NCBI GenBank assembly: GCA_001822815.1
Contig: MHSR01000008.1
Coordinates: 49,602 to 113,601, forward strand
DNA: 64,000 nt
Direction of reading: 5' to 3'
Source: Candidatus Terrybacteria bacterium RIFCSPHIGHO2_01_FULL_43_35
GTDB taxonomy: Bacteria; Patescibacteriota; Minisyncoccia; Terrybacterales; GWB1-40-14
Below are positions 63,479 to 64,000 of this stretch, piece after piece (the first letter of the stretch is position 1; every line of letters begins with the position of its first letter). The notes beneath the pieces are model-generated. The model saw only the letters and a program-made list of their open reading frames with translations, did not search any database and was not told where the DNA came from. The translations under genes and the position numbers were made by a program.

Positions 63479-64000
63479 ATGAAAAAGAGGATTTTTATTG
63501 CCATTCCGATATCGGCATCTTTGCAGGAAAGGATCTTAAAATGGGAAAAAGGCTTTAAATTTTTGCCCGTAAGATGGCTATCCGGAAAGAATTTGCACCT
63601 AACAATAGTTCCGCCTTGGTATGAGGATGATATTGAAGGTAGTCGTGATAAATTGCGAGATCTTGCTGGAAAATTTAGACAGATGGACTTGAATTTTACC
63701 CAAGTGGAATTTGGACCAACCATGCGCCAGCCGCGTTTGATTTGGGTGCGCGGTGAAGTCAACAAAGAACTTATTGCACTGAAAGAAGCAGTAGATAGGG
63801 CATTTAAGAAAAACTCCCCAAAAAGGCAGTTTATACCGCATTTTACTTTGGCGCGTTTTAGATCAGAAGACTTTGTCGATTTTAAAATTAAAGAATTGGA
63901 CGAAACAGTATTTTGGATAAATAAGGCGTCATCCATCGTAATCATGCAAGCGCATTTGTCGCCAAAAGGCGCAGATTATGAAATAATTGAAGCGATAAAC
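63479..64000 (+). CDS. thpR: RNA 2',3'-cyclic phosphodiesterase (2H family, LigT/ThpR), 3'-truncated by the window end
   Basis: My translation from the ATG at 63479 gives 'MKKRIFIAIPIS...NLHLTIVPPW...FIPHFTLARF', i.e. the two H-x-T/S-x motifs of 2H phosphoesterases. Not in the ORF table because no stop falls within the window. Confidence 0.7.
   Translation, partial: MKKRIFIAIPISASLQERILKWEKGFKFLPVRWLSGKNLHLTIVPPWYEDDIEGSRDKLRDLAGKFRQMDLNFTQVEFGPTMRQPRLIWVRGEVNKELIALKEAVDRAFKKNSPKRQFIPHFTLARFRSEDFVDFKIKELDETVFWINKASSIVIMQAHLSPKGADYEIIEAIN

Noticed and set aside
63469-63945. 158-aa minus-strand ORF at the window end
   Set aside because: It is antisense to a clear 2H-phosphoesterase (ThpR/LigT) reading frame that starts at 63479 on the + strand and runs off the window.
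1-64000. CRISPR arrays, transposases, integrases and restriction-modification genes
   Set aside because: Scanned on both strands. No regularly spaced short direct repeats with unique spacers were found, and no DDE, tyrosine or serine recombinase ORF or other protein matched these signatures. The only methyltransferases (52919..53545 and 57155..57625) are small-molecule or protein-type, not DNA methyltransferases.

Overview
This 64-kb window has low GC (roughly 40% by eye) and is densely packed with genes, mostly on the + strand. Its features fit a small-genome bacterium, plausibly a Candidate Phyla Radiation/Patescibacteria-type organism; that placement is an inference from gene content and several minimal-domain proteins. 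Contents in order: mnmA and alaS; an FtsA-like gene; a ribosomal/RNAP block (infA-rpmJ-rpsM-rpsK-rpsD-rpoA-rplQ, then rplM-rpsI); murA; two mreB paralogs, the second heading mreB-mreC-mreD-PBP2; several GT4 and GT-C glycosyltransferases plus GtrA; frr, rseP, proS, greA, lysS, rdgB, serS, efp, alr, an FtsQ-like gene, holB, dnaX; one tRNA-Gln(UUG); tag, dinB, tgt, cspA-like, yjbQ, a mazG-like gene; a cupredoxin; thpR (runs off the window end). There is also a minus-strand alpha-glucan cluster: glgA, an APH-fold kinase, GH57, glgA. No CRISPR array, transposase, integrase or restriction-modification genes were seen.

Observations most worth follow-up:
1. A sharply GC-rich, self-contained cassette (perfect TTGACA-17-TATAAT promoter, strong RBS, 160-aa ORF of unknown function, strong terminator) sits between rdgB and serS and looks horizontally acquired.
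2. A second GC-rich locus of about 360 nt with a perfect sigma70-type promoter has no convincing ORF and is a candidate novel ncRNA.
3. Two related ~150-nt structured elements, with conserved pairing ends that enclose the start codon, precede the second mreB and mreC.
4. A MITE-like family with ~19-bp inverted-repeat ends has two full copies and at least one remnant. Its ends abut promoter-like boxes or start codons.
5. A dispersed GC-rich CTCGAGG motif family occurs 21 nt upstream of both the greA and tag start codons and as a perfect palindrome next to tRNA-Gln, which is itself flanked by partial copies of itself.
6. A gene-decay zone lies between tag and glgA: a GT4 C-terminal fragment, a frameshifted GT N-terminus and an AlkD-like C-terminal fragment.
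7. The first gene is an unusual fusion of a nucleoside 2-deoxyribosyltransferase-like domain and an adenylate-kinase-like P-loop domain.

All coordinates for hand-found RNA, repeat and regulatory features carry an uncertainty of a few nt.
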